From assembly GCF_963921235.1 (NCBI RefSeq), contig NC_086118.1, positions 20,958,001 through 21,022,000 of the forward strand: DNA of 64,000 nucleotides. The letters are read 5' to 3'. This DNA comes from Mobula hypostoma (lineage: Eukaryota). Both the position numbers and the translations under genes were made by a program. The notes below the pieces were generated by a model that made no database searches, was not told the origin of the DNA, and saw only the letters and a list, made by a program, of their open reading frames with translations. This document shows positions 27,191 through 37,379 of this stretch, piece by piece; positions within the stretch are counted from its first letter, which is position 1; every line of letters starts with the position of its first letter.

Positions 27191-27644
27191 AGAAGGCAGA
27201 GGATGATCCATAATGTGTTTAGGGCATGGGTGATCCCTCTTCTTGTTGTTAATGGTCATGAATTCCAATACATTTCTCACTGACACTCTATTCCATGTAG
27301 TGCATACATGACCGACACTGGCACTCTGCCCCATAGTGACAGATTAAAAAGACTCTCAAATGCCAGTAAACTGCTCTGCCACACCCTAGGTTTATGAAAG
27401 GTGCTGTATAATGCAGCTTTTTTTGCCTGCTTTGTTTGATGTGAGTGAAATGAAGGAGAAAAGGTTACTCAGAAATAAATGAGAGAGTGGACTGATTGTA
27501 ATGTTCTAAGAGCCAGGATATCTCTAACAGAACACGTGGCCTCAGTGTCATAAGTATACGTAGGAAAAGCATGACACTTATCTTCTTCTGGGCAAAACAC
27601 ATGGAGAGAGTGTAATTACATCACAGCAGTTTTCAATGACTGAT

Positions 27645-28925
27645 ACTACAGGAATGAGGTTTTGGGGTACTTAGAGGCACATGATAATATAGGTCAAAAT
27701 CAGCGTGGTTTCCTTAAGAAGTCTTCTCTGAGAAACCTGTTGGAATTATTTGAGGAAATAATAGGCAGGAGAGTCAGTGGATGTTTTGTATTCGGATTTT
27801 CAGAAGGCTTTTGTCAAAGTGCCATGCATGAAGCTGCTAAACAAGATAAAAGACCATGGTGTTACAGGAAAGTTAGATGGATAGAAGATTGGCTGAATGG
27901 CAACAAGCGAAAGAAAAAAATTGGGCCTTTTATGGTTGGCTGCCGGTGACTAGTGGTGTTCTGCAGGGATCTGTGATGGGCTCACTTCTTTTCACATTAT
28001 ACATCCTTTGTGGCCAGGTTTGAGGATGATATGAAGGTAGGTGTAGGGACGGGTAGTGTTAAGGAAGCAGGGCGTCTGCAGAAGGACTTAGACAAATTAG
28101 GAGAATGGGAAAAGAAGTGGCAGATGAAATATAGTGCAGGGAAGTGTATGGTCATGCCCTATAGTAGAAGGAATAAAGGCGTGGGCTATTTGCTAAACAG
28201 GGAGAAAATTCAGAGGTGCAAGGGTACTTGTGAGTCCTCTTGTAGGATTCCATAAAGGTTAACTTGCAGTTTGAGTTGATAATAAAGAAGGCAAATGCAA
28301 TGTTAGCATTTATTTCGAGAGGACTAGAAAATTAAGGATGTAATGCTGAAGCTCTATAAGGCATTGGTCAGACCTCACCTGGAATATCGTAAGCAGTTTT
28401 GGGTCCTTTAACTAAGAACTGATGTGCTAGCATTAGAAGGTTCAGCAGAGGTTCACGAGAATTATTCCAGGAATTAAAGGGTTAACATAAAAGGAGCGTT
28501 TGATTGTTCTGGGCCTCTACTCGCTGGTGTTTAGAAGAATGAGGGGGGCAATCTCATTGAAACCGATTGAATATTGAAAGCCCCAGATAGGGTGGATGTG
28601 GAGAGGATGTTCCTATAGTGGGGGAGTCTAGGACCAGAGAGCACTGCCTCAAAATAGAGGGACATCCCTTTAGAATAGAGATGAGGAGGATTTTTTTTTA
28701 GGCATAAGTGATGAATCTGTGGAATTCATTGCCACAGGCAGTTGTGGAGGCCAAGTGATCAGGTTTATTTAAAGAGGAGTTTGATTGAGTAATCAGGATG
28801 TCAAAAGTTAGAGGACAGGGTTGGGGAATGGGGTTGAGAGGAATGATAAATCAGCCATGTTGGAATGGCAGATCAGACTCAATGAGCTGAATGGCTTCAT
28901 TCTGCTCCAATGTCTTATGGTCTAA
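27645..28925 (+). mobile_element. CR1 LINE 3' portion (RT), degenerate
   Basis: 'NLLELFEEI', 'LQKDLDKLGEW.KKWQMKY' and the CR1 3' UTR end. Confidence 0.9.
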
Positions 28926-28989
28926 TTAGTTTTGATAAAAGCAAAAATATTTTTCAAGTACCCTGCCATCATCCATTTGGAACCTAACA

Positions 28990-30135
28990 TTAGATAGGTA
29001 GGTAGATACTCTATTGATCCCAAAGTAAATTACAGCGTCACGGTAGTGTTACAAGTACACAAATATACAAATATTAGAAGAGAACTAAGAAAGAATAACA
29101 AATGTTACCTCGAACAGTCTAATAGGAAGGGGGTCATCATTTCCCCAGCTATAGGTTGCCTCATTATAGAACCTAATGACTTCATATAGTGCTCTTTGGA
29201 GCAGTGCAGCTGTTTTAGTCTATTACTAAAAGCGCTCCTCTGTTCAAGCAAGATGGCATACAGAGGGTGAGAAACATTGTCCAGAATTGCCAGAATTTTC
29301 CATTGGGTCCTTTGTTCTACCACAGCCTCCAGTGTGTCCAGTTTGACTATTATAACAGAGCCAGCCTTTCTAATCAGTTCATTGAGCCTGTTGGTTCACG
29401 TTGATGCCATTGCCACAGCACACCACCACATAGAAGATTGTACTAGTGACAACAAACTGGTAGAATATGTAAAGGAGAGACCTGGATACTCCAAAGGACC
29501 TCAGTCTGCTCAGGAAGTAGAGGTGACTCTGAGCCTTCTTGTACACAGCCTCTGTGTTGGTGCTCCACTTAAGTCTGCCATCCAGGTGCACCCCCAGGTA
29601 CTTGCAGATCCTCACCATCAATAGTAACAGGGAGCAATGCAGGCTTAGTCTTCCAAAGGTCCATCACCACCTCCTCTGTCTCACTGATGTTGAGCTGCAG
29701 ATGATTCATCTTGCACCATTTGACAGTCTTCCACCAGGGCCCTGTATTCATCCTCCCATCCTCCCTTCACCCAACTATTGCTGAGTTATCAGAGAATTTC
29801 TGCAGATGACGTGACTTAGTGTATCTAAAGTCCGAGTTATACAGGGTAAACAGGAAGGGAGCCAATACAGTCCCCACAGATGCTGCTTATAGCCATGTCT
29901 GACACACAGCTCTGAAGCCACACAAACTGTGATCTGCCAGTCAGGTAGTCCATTATCCAGGATACAATGGAAGTGTCAACCTGCATAAACATAGTTTTTC
30001 CCCCAACAATTAGAGCTGTATGGTATTGAAGTCACTTGAGAAATTTTAAAAACATGATCCTCTGAATGAGACCCTGCTTATCCAAATGGGAGTAGGCGCT
30101 GTTCGGCAGGTAGGTGACAGCATTGTTGAATCCAG
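28990..30135 (-). mobile_element. Rex1/Babar-like LINE fragment
   Basis: Minus-strand 'KYLGVHLDGRLKWSTNTEAVYKKAQSHLYFLSRLRSF' and 'WCKMNHLQLNISETEEVVMD'. (AGAT/AGGT)n tail at ~28991-29008. Confidence 0.85.
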
Positions 30136-31432
30136 TGTTCTCCTGTTAGGCAAACTGCGTGGGGTAGAGGGCTGATCTGACCAGGGGCTTGCAAAGAGGA
30201 GAGTGGGTTTTAATCTCAGATCATCCTGCACTCAATTCTACTGCCAAGAGGCCAAGCAGCTGCCTACTTCCAGATCTGAGCCAATATTTTCTTTGGCTAT
30301 TTTCTAAGAGAAACAGAGTATTAAAATTCAGATTTTTTTTTCCAAAGACTAAACTCGTGTTCCTGTTAGTTTTCAATCAACAGACTCTGAACCCTCAGAA
30401 TTCAAACTTTACACCCGTTTGTTATGAATGGTGTAGTGTATCATTATACTAACAACTTTAATGGAAAACACATTACTTGCCAACCATTCTTACAACTGCT
30501 GTTAGATTATTTCTTTTTCTTTAGTTCTCCAGTGTCTGTAGACTTGTTTCTTTTCCTCCGAGGGAAAAGTGGAGCTTCCAATCAAGCAACACTTTGACGG
30601 CGAACCTCACCCCATGAAATTTGCATTCCTCCGCTGTAGCAAGTAGTGTGCCCACTTTTGTTAAAATGGCTACCTTCGGCCAAAGTATCTCACTCAATAT
30701 AGCAATAGTGCTGTCAATGTGTCCAAAATCTCATGCTATGCTAACTGAGTGGAATGTTAGGATTATCCATAAAGGTCCTGACCTTCATAAAATGAAGAGC
30801 AAACTAGCTGTGTGCAATTCCTTGTGATGTGTAAAAGTCTTTGCAACCCAGTACCATGTGAGCAACAGAGGACAAAAATGGTGAGAGACTAAATTCTACT
30901 TGCAAGCTTAACAAATTGGACACATACTTAGGCTCAGGCAGAACAGCCCTGCCTCACAAGCTTCCTCCTTGCTTCCCACCTCCTGCACCCGTGCTCCTGG
31001 GTTACACTCTGAATATTACTTTCCATCCCAATTGCACACCCTGCTAATTTCCAGCCTCCAGCTCTGCCCATATACTTCCCCAAATTCTTGGCCCCCAGCT
31101 CTGGCCGCATCCCTGGCTCACGTTTGCGGCTCAGGCTGAATACCTTCCAGAGCTCCTGTTCCTGCCACTCTTTACAATCTTTCTTGCTGTAACCCAGCAC
31201 CTCCTCTCCAACTTACCTGGGGAATGTAGCAAACCTTCAGAACCAACTGGAAACATGTCAACCTCTGATGACTGTACTACAGGTCACGCGAACCTTTGTT
31301 GCCAAGCTGAGGTATGCAGGCGACTCTTATATTTTAATATGCTTTCGTGAATGCATTGGTGATAGCTTGCATGTGGCTTAGCTCCAAGCTGTCATCAACT
31401 TGTTCACTGAAGCATATGAGAATGCAACAGAC

Positions 31433-31732
31433 CTTTGTTTGTGAAATTCTCTCTGACAGCAGCATTATTGGGGAAGGAGAAATAGATTCTGCAAAAGGAT
31501 CAGCACTGATTTGTTGATCTATTCAACAAATTGTAGCTGTAGGATACAGCAATGCAAATTGAGTGTAGAATGGAGGTAAATGAGAAAATCTGTTTTAATT
31601 ATCAATGTGCAATTGCTGTATCCTACAGCTACAATTTGTTGAATAGATCAACAAATCAGTGCTGATCCTTTTGCAGAATCTATTGCTCCTTCCCCAATAA
31701 TGCTGCTGTCAGAGAGAATTCCACAAACAAAG
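31433..31732. repeat. Near-perfect inverted repeat: 121-bp arms, 58-bp spacer
   Basis: Arm 31433-31553 is the reverse complement of 31612-31732 with 2 mismatches on manual comparison. Confidence 0.95.
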
Positions 31733-32057
31733 TTTACAGGGTTTCGTTTCAAGCTTACACAGCTGATAACACTGGTTAAAGTTGCATTGTGCGATAATTC
31801 ATAAAATTCTTGCTCTTAATATCCAATTTTAGAAACCTACTGAAAAATATGACACTGATGACTCCTTTGAGTTTCATTGCAGGTTTTGTTTAAACACAAA
31901 AATAAGGAAAATGTACAGGACAAGCAGTTATTTCAATTTGCTGGTCCATCAAACTTGAACTTCCTGAGTAAAATGAGACTTTCTGTTTTTTTATGAGGGG
32001 TTCCCAACCTTTATTATGCCACAAAACAGGGTTTCTCAACTGGGGCTCGGTGGAACT

Positions 32058-32308
32058 CTTTGAAGGTTAATTTTCAGGTAGAATCAGTGGCGGGGAAGGC
32101 AAATGCAATGTTAGTATTCAATTCAAGAGGTCTAGAATAAAAGAGCAGGGGTGTGGTGCTGAGGCTTTATAAGTCACTGGTGAGGCCTCACCTTGAGTAT
32201 TGTGAACAGTTTTGGGCTCCTCATCTAAGAAAAGATGTGCTGTCATTGCGGAGGGTTCAGAGAAGATCCACAAGGATGATTCCAGGATTGAAAGGGTTAT
32301 CGTACAAG
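32058..32308 (+). mobile_element. CR1 RT C-terminal fragment
   Basis: 'LRLYKSLVRPHLEYCEQFWAPHLRKDV...RVQRRSTRMIPGLKGLSY'. Confidence 0.88.
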
Positions 32309-32426
32309 GAAAAAAAATATCATTCTCTATTTAAAAGAGCATTGACAATTATTTTTGGATTATTATATCTACAACTTACTGATCTCACTAATGTACTGTG
32401 AGTTATAGATATAATAATGTTTATAC

Positions 32427-32738
32427 GTGTGGACACGTGGCCAAGTGGTTAAGGCATTGGACTAGCGACATAAAGGTCGTGAGTTCGAGCCCCAGCCAAG
32501 GCAACGTGTTGTGTCCTTGAGCAAGGCACTTAATCACACATTTCTCTGCGATGACACTGGTGCCAAGCTGTATGGGTCCTAATGCCCTTCCCTTGGACAA
32601 CATTGGTGTTGTGCAGAGGGGAGACTTGCAACATGGGCAACTGCTGGTCTTCCATACAACCTTGCCCAGGCCTGCGCCCTGGAGAGTGAAGACTTTCCAG
32701 GCACAGATCCATGGTCTCGCAAGACTAACGGATGCCTT
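32427..32738 (+). mobile_element. tRNA-derived SINE with CORE-like segment
   Basis: A box TGGCCAAGTGG, B box GTTCGAGCC and 'gtgtccttgagcaaggcacttaa'. Perfect 12-bp TSD TAATGTTTATAC at 32415-32426 and 32739-32750. Confidence 0.9.
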
Positions 32739-33180
32739 TAATGTTTATACAGGGGTTCCCTGAGACCTGAAAATTGTATCAAGGGTTCCTCCAAGGCAAA
32801 AAGGTTGAGAAAGGCTAGCATAGAGCCTTACTATTAATCGAGGGGTCCCTGGTCCCTAGGTTCAGAACCCCTGTTCTAAATGATCAAACAATTTAAATTA
32901 CAACCATCTCCAGTTCTCTCAGCTGTTAACATAAATAAATGGTGAACTGTTTGCATAGATTATATCTGATTTCCATCTCACATGTATTAGCATCTCCAGA
33001 CTTCAAGTAAACTCCTGATGAAACATACTTCTAAATATGACGGCAATTGAAAGAAACTAACCAAGACTTACTTGCATCAAACGAAGTATCATGCAGGCAG
33101 GACTTTGCACCGAGTGCTAAAATTTACATGCAACACACTTAAAAGTTGCTGGTGCCAGGTAGCATCTATAGGAAGAGGTA

Positions 33181-33217
33181 CAGTTGACATTTCGGGTTGA
33201 GACCCTTCGTCAGGACT
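33181..33217 (-). ncRNA. Hammerhead-like motif in the inverted pLTR copy
   Basis: Reverse complement reads AGTC-CTGACGA-AGGG(tctcaa)CCC-GAAA-TGTC-AACTG. The core is intact, with substitutions in stems III and I. Confidence 0.55.
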
Positions 33218-33890
33218 AAGACAGGAGGGGGAGGGATGAAGCCAAGAACTGGACAGTTGATTGGCAAAAGGGATATGAAAGGATCATGGGACGGGGGACC
33301 TGGGGAGAAAGAAAGAGGGAGGGGGCAATCCCAGAGGATGGACAAGGAGTATAGTGAGAGGGAGAGAGAGAGAAAAAATAATAATAATAAATAAATAACG
33401 GATGGGGTACGAAGGGGAGGTGGGGCATTAACGAAAGTTAGAGAAGTCGATGTTCATGTCATCAGGTTGGAGGCTACCCAGACAGAATATAAGGTGTTGT
33501 TCCTCCAACCTGAGTGCGGCTTCATCTTGACAGTAGAGGAGGCCATGGATAGACATATCAGAATGGGAATGGGACGTGGAATTAAAATGTGTGGCCACTT
33601 CTGTTAATGCCCCACATCCCCTTCGTACCCCATCTGCTATTTATTTATTATTATTAATTTTTTTCTCTCTCTCTTTTTCTCCCTCTGTCCCTCTCACTAT
33701 ACTCCTTGCCCATCCTCTGGGATTCCCCCCTCCCTCTTTCTTTCTCCCTAGGCCTCCCATCCCATGATCCTCTCATATTCCTTTTGCCAATCAACTGTCC
33801 AGATCCCTCCCCCTCCTGTCTTCTCCTATCATTTCGGATCTCCCCCTCCCCCTCCCACTTTCAAATCTCTTACTATCTCTTCTTTCAGTT

Positions 33891-33926
33891 AGTCCTGACG
33901 AAGGGTCTCGGCCTGAAACGTCGACT
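33891..33926 (+). ncRNA. Minimal type I hammerhead ribozyme motif in Penelope pLTR
   Basis: AGTC-CTGACGA-AGG(gtctcgg)CCT-GAAA-CGTC-GACT: stem I AGTC/GACT, intact CUGANGA and GAAA core, GUC site ending at 33922. Confidence 0.75.
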
Positions 33927-34954
33927 GTACCTCTTCCTAGAGATGCTGCCTGGCCTGCTGCGTTCACCAGCAACTTTTAAGTGTGTTGTTTGAAATTCCA
34001 GCATCTGCAGATTTCCTTGTGTTTGTGTGCTAAAATTTACATGACTGGATCCAGAGTGTCAGCCCTTCATATGCCCAATGGTGACTGAAGTTGCAAGTTG
34101 CTCAGTGAGAGCTTAAAATGCCCCCTCTGTCAATGTGAGAGTGGGAACAACTTTGCTATAAAAGCCGTAATTAAGTTTTTTTTTGGTCTCTGTCAATATG
34201 TCCTGGAGTTGTGTATTTTAAACTGCAAACACAAAGTTCTCTGATTAATGATTCAGCACTGGAATTTTCAATGGAAACCACCAAAAATACTCAGCACAAT
34301 CCAGCTGCCTGCACTTCACATCACATGAGGAAGTAGTGATGTTAGGGAAAGGGGGTAGATGGAGTAAAACTGTAGGATTGCAGCATCACAGTTCTTTTGA
34401 ATTCTATAACCTTCCTGGCTTCAAATGCACTAATCAAGTGATGAGAGTTAAAACATCTGAAGATTTTTTCCTAAATGCTTAATCGGTTAAAGTATTAGCC
34501 ATCCGCAATTCTCTCAGTTGTTAACAATGATAAATAACAAGCTCACAGATTACATTTGCTTTCGTCAGACCAGGCTCATGTCTCAGCATTTCCAAACTCT
34601 TAAGTAATCTTCTGATACAATTACCTTCTGAATACAAACTTTCAGGCATAATCTTGCATCTATGAAACGGCTAGATTCATAGAAGACTAGAGAGATTAGC
34701 AACCTGATAGAATAATGACTGACAAAACTTATTTCATATTAGCAGTGAGTTATTGAGGACAAATGAATAATGTGCTCATTGAAAATGGTGAATGGAATGT
34801 CTGGAGCAGCTCTGGAACTGATGACAGTTCCAGATCCAGAGCTGATACTATCAGGAAAGATCTGGCAAGTGGGGACTAGGACAGGTTGTTTTCAGGCCAA
34901 GATGTGCTTGGAAAGTGGGAGGCCTTCAAAAGAGAAATTTTGAAGGTACATTTT

Positions 34955-35712
34955 AAAGTTCAAAAGAAATTCAAAGTAGATTTATTATTAAAGTACATAC
35001 ATGTCACCATATATTAACATGAGATTCATTTTCTCATGGGCATTCACAATAGATACAAAGAAACTCAACAGAGTCAGTGAAACGCTACACACAAAGACAA
35101 ACAAACAACCTATGGACAAAAGACAAAGTGTGCAAGTAGAGTTGTAGAGGCCATGACGGTGAGCCCATAGGTTGTGGAATCACTTCACTGTCAAGCTGAG
35201 TGAAGTTATCCACACTGATTCAGGAGCCTGATGATTGAAGAGTAATATCAGCCCCTCAACCTGGTGGTGTGGGTCCTGAGGCTCCTAGCAGCGGTGAGAA
35301 GAGAGCTTGGACTGGATGTTGGAGTCCTTGATAATGGATGTTACTTGCTCCTTGTAGATGTGTTCAATGGTGAGGAGGGATTTTCCTGTGATGTATCCAC
35401 TACTTTTTCTTGTCTTGTCTGTTCATGGACACTGGTTTTTGCATACCAGGCCATGATGCAACCAGTCAGGATACTAACCATTGTACATCTACAGAGATTT
35501 GTCAAAGTTTTTAATGACATGCCAAACTCATGCAAACTTCTAAGAGAGGAGAGGCACTTCTGTGCCTTCTTCGTGCTGACACTTATGAACTGGTCCCAGG
35601 ACAGATTCCCTAAAATGATAACATCAAGTTACTCACCCTCTCCACTGCCAGTCTCCTAGTGAGGACTTCCTTCTGGACCTTGAATTTCCTGCACTTGTAG
35701 TCAATAATCAAT
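34955..35712 (-). mobile_element. Rex1/Babar-like LINE 3' fragment
   Basis: 'FGMSLKTLTNLCRCTMVSILTGCIMAWY' and the shared 3' end. Confidence 0.8.
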
Positions 35713-36891
35713 ACAGAGTATGTATGTTCATGTCAGAATCGAAGATAAGGCTAACAGGTGTAGGGAACCTTGGCTTTCAAAAGATATTGAGGCCCTGGTT
35801 GCAAAGAAGCAACATAGCAAGGAGCAAATGAGGCACTGAAGGAGTATAAGAAATGCAAGAGAACATTTAAGAGGGAAATCAGGAGGGCTAAAAGAAGGCA
35901 CGGTTACTCTAGCAGACAAGATGAAGGAGAATCCCAAGGGCTTCTACAGACATATTAAGAGCAAACGGATAGCAGGGGACAAAACTGGTCCTCTTGAGGA
36001 TCAGCTGGAAGAGATGAGGGAGATCTTAAATGGATATCATGCATCTGTACTCACTTGGAAGATAGAAACAGAGTCTGTATAAGTGAGGCAATACGACGGT
36101 GAGGTTATGGACTGCATACAGGTCACAGAGAAGGAGATGCTCCCTGTTTTGACACAAATTAGGGTGGATAAATCCCTAGTGCCTGACAAGCTATTCCTTC
36201 TGAAATTGCAGGAGCCCTGGCAGAAATATTTAAAATGTCCATAGCCACAGGTGAAGAGCCAGAGGATTGGAGGACAGTTAATGTTGTTCTGTTGTTTAAG
36301 GAAGGCTCTAAGAATAAGCTGGGAAATTATTGGCCTTTGAGGACTGATGTCAGTCGCAGGTAAGTTATTGGAAGTTGTTCTAAGGGACTAGGTGTATAAG
36401 TATTTGGATAGACCAGAACTAATTAGGTATATTCAAATCGGCTCTGTGAAGTGGTAAGTTGTGTCTATTCAATCTTATAGAGTTTTTTTGAGGAGGTCAC
36501 CTGAAAAATTGATGAAGAAAAGGCAATGGATGTTGTCTACATGGACTTTAGCAAGGCCTTTGACAAGGTCCCACACGGGAGGTTGATCAAGAAGGTTCAA
36601 TCGCTTGTCACTTGGATGAGTTTAATAAAATACATTTAACATTGGCTGCATGGGAGATGGTTACCTCTCTGACTGAAGACCTGTGATAGTGCTGTGCCAA
36701 AAAGATCAGTGTTGGGCCCACGTTGTTTGTCATCAATATCAGCAATCTGGATGATAATGTGGTAAACCAGATTAGTAAATTTGCAGATGACCTTAAGATT
36801 GGGAGCATTGACAGCAAGGAAAGCTATCAAAACATACAGCAGGATCTGGACCAGCTGGGAAAATAGGCTGAAAATAGCAGATGGAATTTAA

Positions 36892-37023
36892 CCTTTAATC
36901 CTCTGGCTTCTTCTACTTCCTTTCCAGTCCTGAAGAAGGGTCTTGACCCAAAAACATCAACTCTTTATTCTTCTCCATAGATCCTGGCTGACTTGAGTTC
37001 CTCCAGCATTTTGTTGTATTGTC
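36892..37023 (+). mobile_element. Short Penelope pLTR insertion inside CR1
   Basis: Degenerate hammerhead 'gtcctgaagaagggtcttgacccaaaaacatc'. Flanked by gcagatggaa(t/c)ttaa at 36877-36891 and 37024-37038. Confidence 0.8.
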
Positions 37024-37379
37024 GCAGATGGAACTTAATACAGACAAGTGTGAGATGTTGCCGTTTGCAAGGACAAACCAGGGTAGGACTTACACAGTGA
37101 ATGGTAGGGCACTGAAGAGCATGGTAGAAGAGAGGGACTTGGGCATACAGATCCATAATTCCTTGAAAGTGGCTTGATAGGCTCATGGAGAGAGTTTTTG
37201 GCATATCAGAAATCAAAGTATTGGTACAAGAGATTCCATGTTATATTGCAGTTGTAAAAGTCATTCGCAAAGTCTAATTTGGAGCATTGTGTGTGGTTGT
37301 GGTCACCTACCTGCAGGAGAGATATCAGTAAGATTGAATAGCTGCAGAGAAAATTTACAAGGATGTTTCTGGAATTTGC

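Larger units (their letters stand above)
31995..32873. mobile_element. Nested hAT-like MITE ends enclosing a CR1 fragment and a SINE
   Basis: Outer ends are GAGGGGTTCCCAACCT ... AGGTTCAGAACCCCTG. Inner ends are CAGGGTTTCTCAAC (32027) ... GTTGAGAAAGGCTAG (~32818). Both resemble hAT/Charlie-type TIRs. Confidence 0.55.
33131..34026. mobile_element. Penelope-like element in inverted arrangement (minus part 33131-~33598, plus part ~33600-34026)
   Basis: Two copies of the same pLTR/GIY-YIG 3' sequence in opposite orientation. Perfect 17-bp TSD GTGCTAAAATTTACATG at 33114-33130 and 34027-34043. Confidence 0.92.
34845..37378 (+). mobile_element. CR1 LINE (ORF2) interrupted by Rex1-like and Penelope insertions
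   Basis: 'KENPKGFYRHIKSKR', 'MDVVYMDFSKAFDKVPHGRL' and 'ISKFADDLKIG'. The sequence resumes after each insertion. Confidence 0.88.

Noticed and set aside
31433..31732. Palindrome as a classical MITE
   Set aside because: No TA, TTAA or 8-9-bp TSD and no known TIR motif at the ends. Kept as an unexplained inverted repeat.
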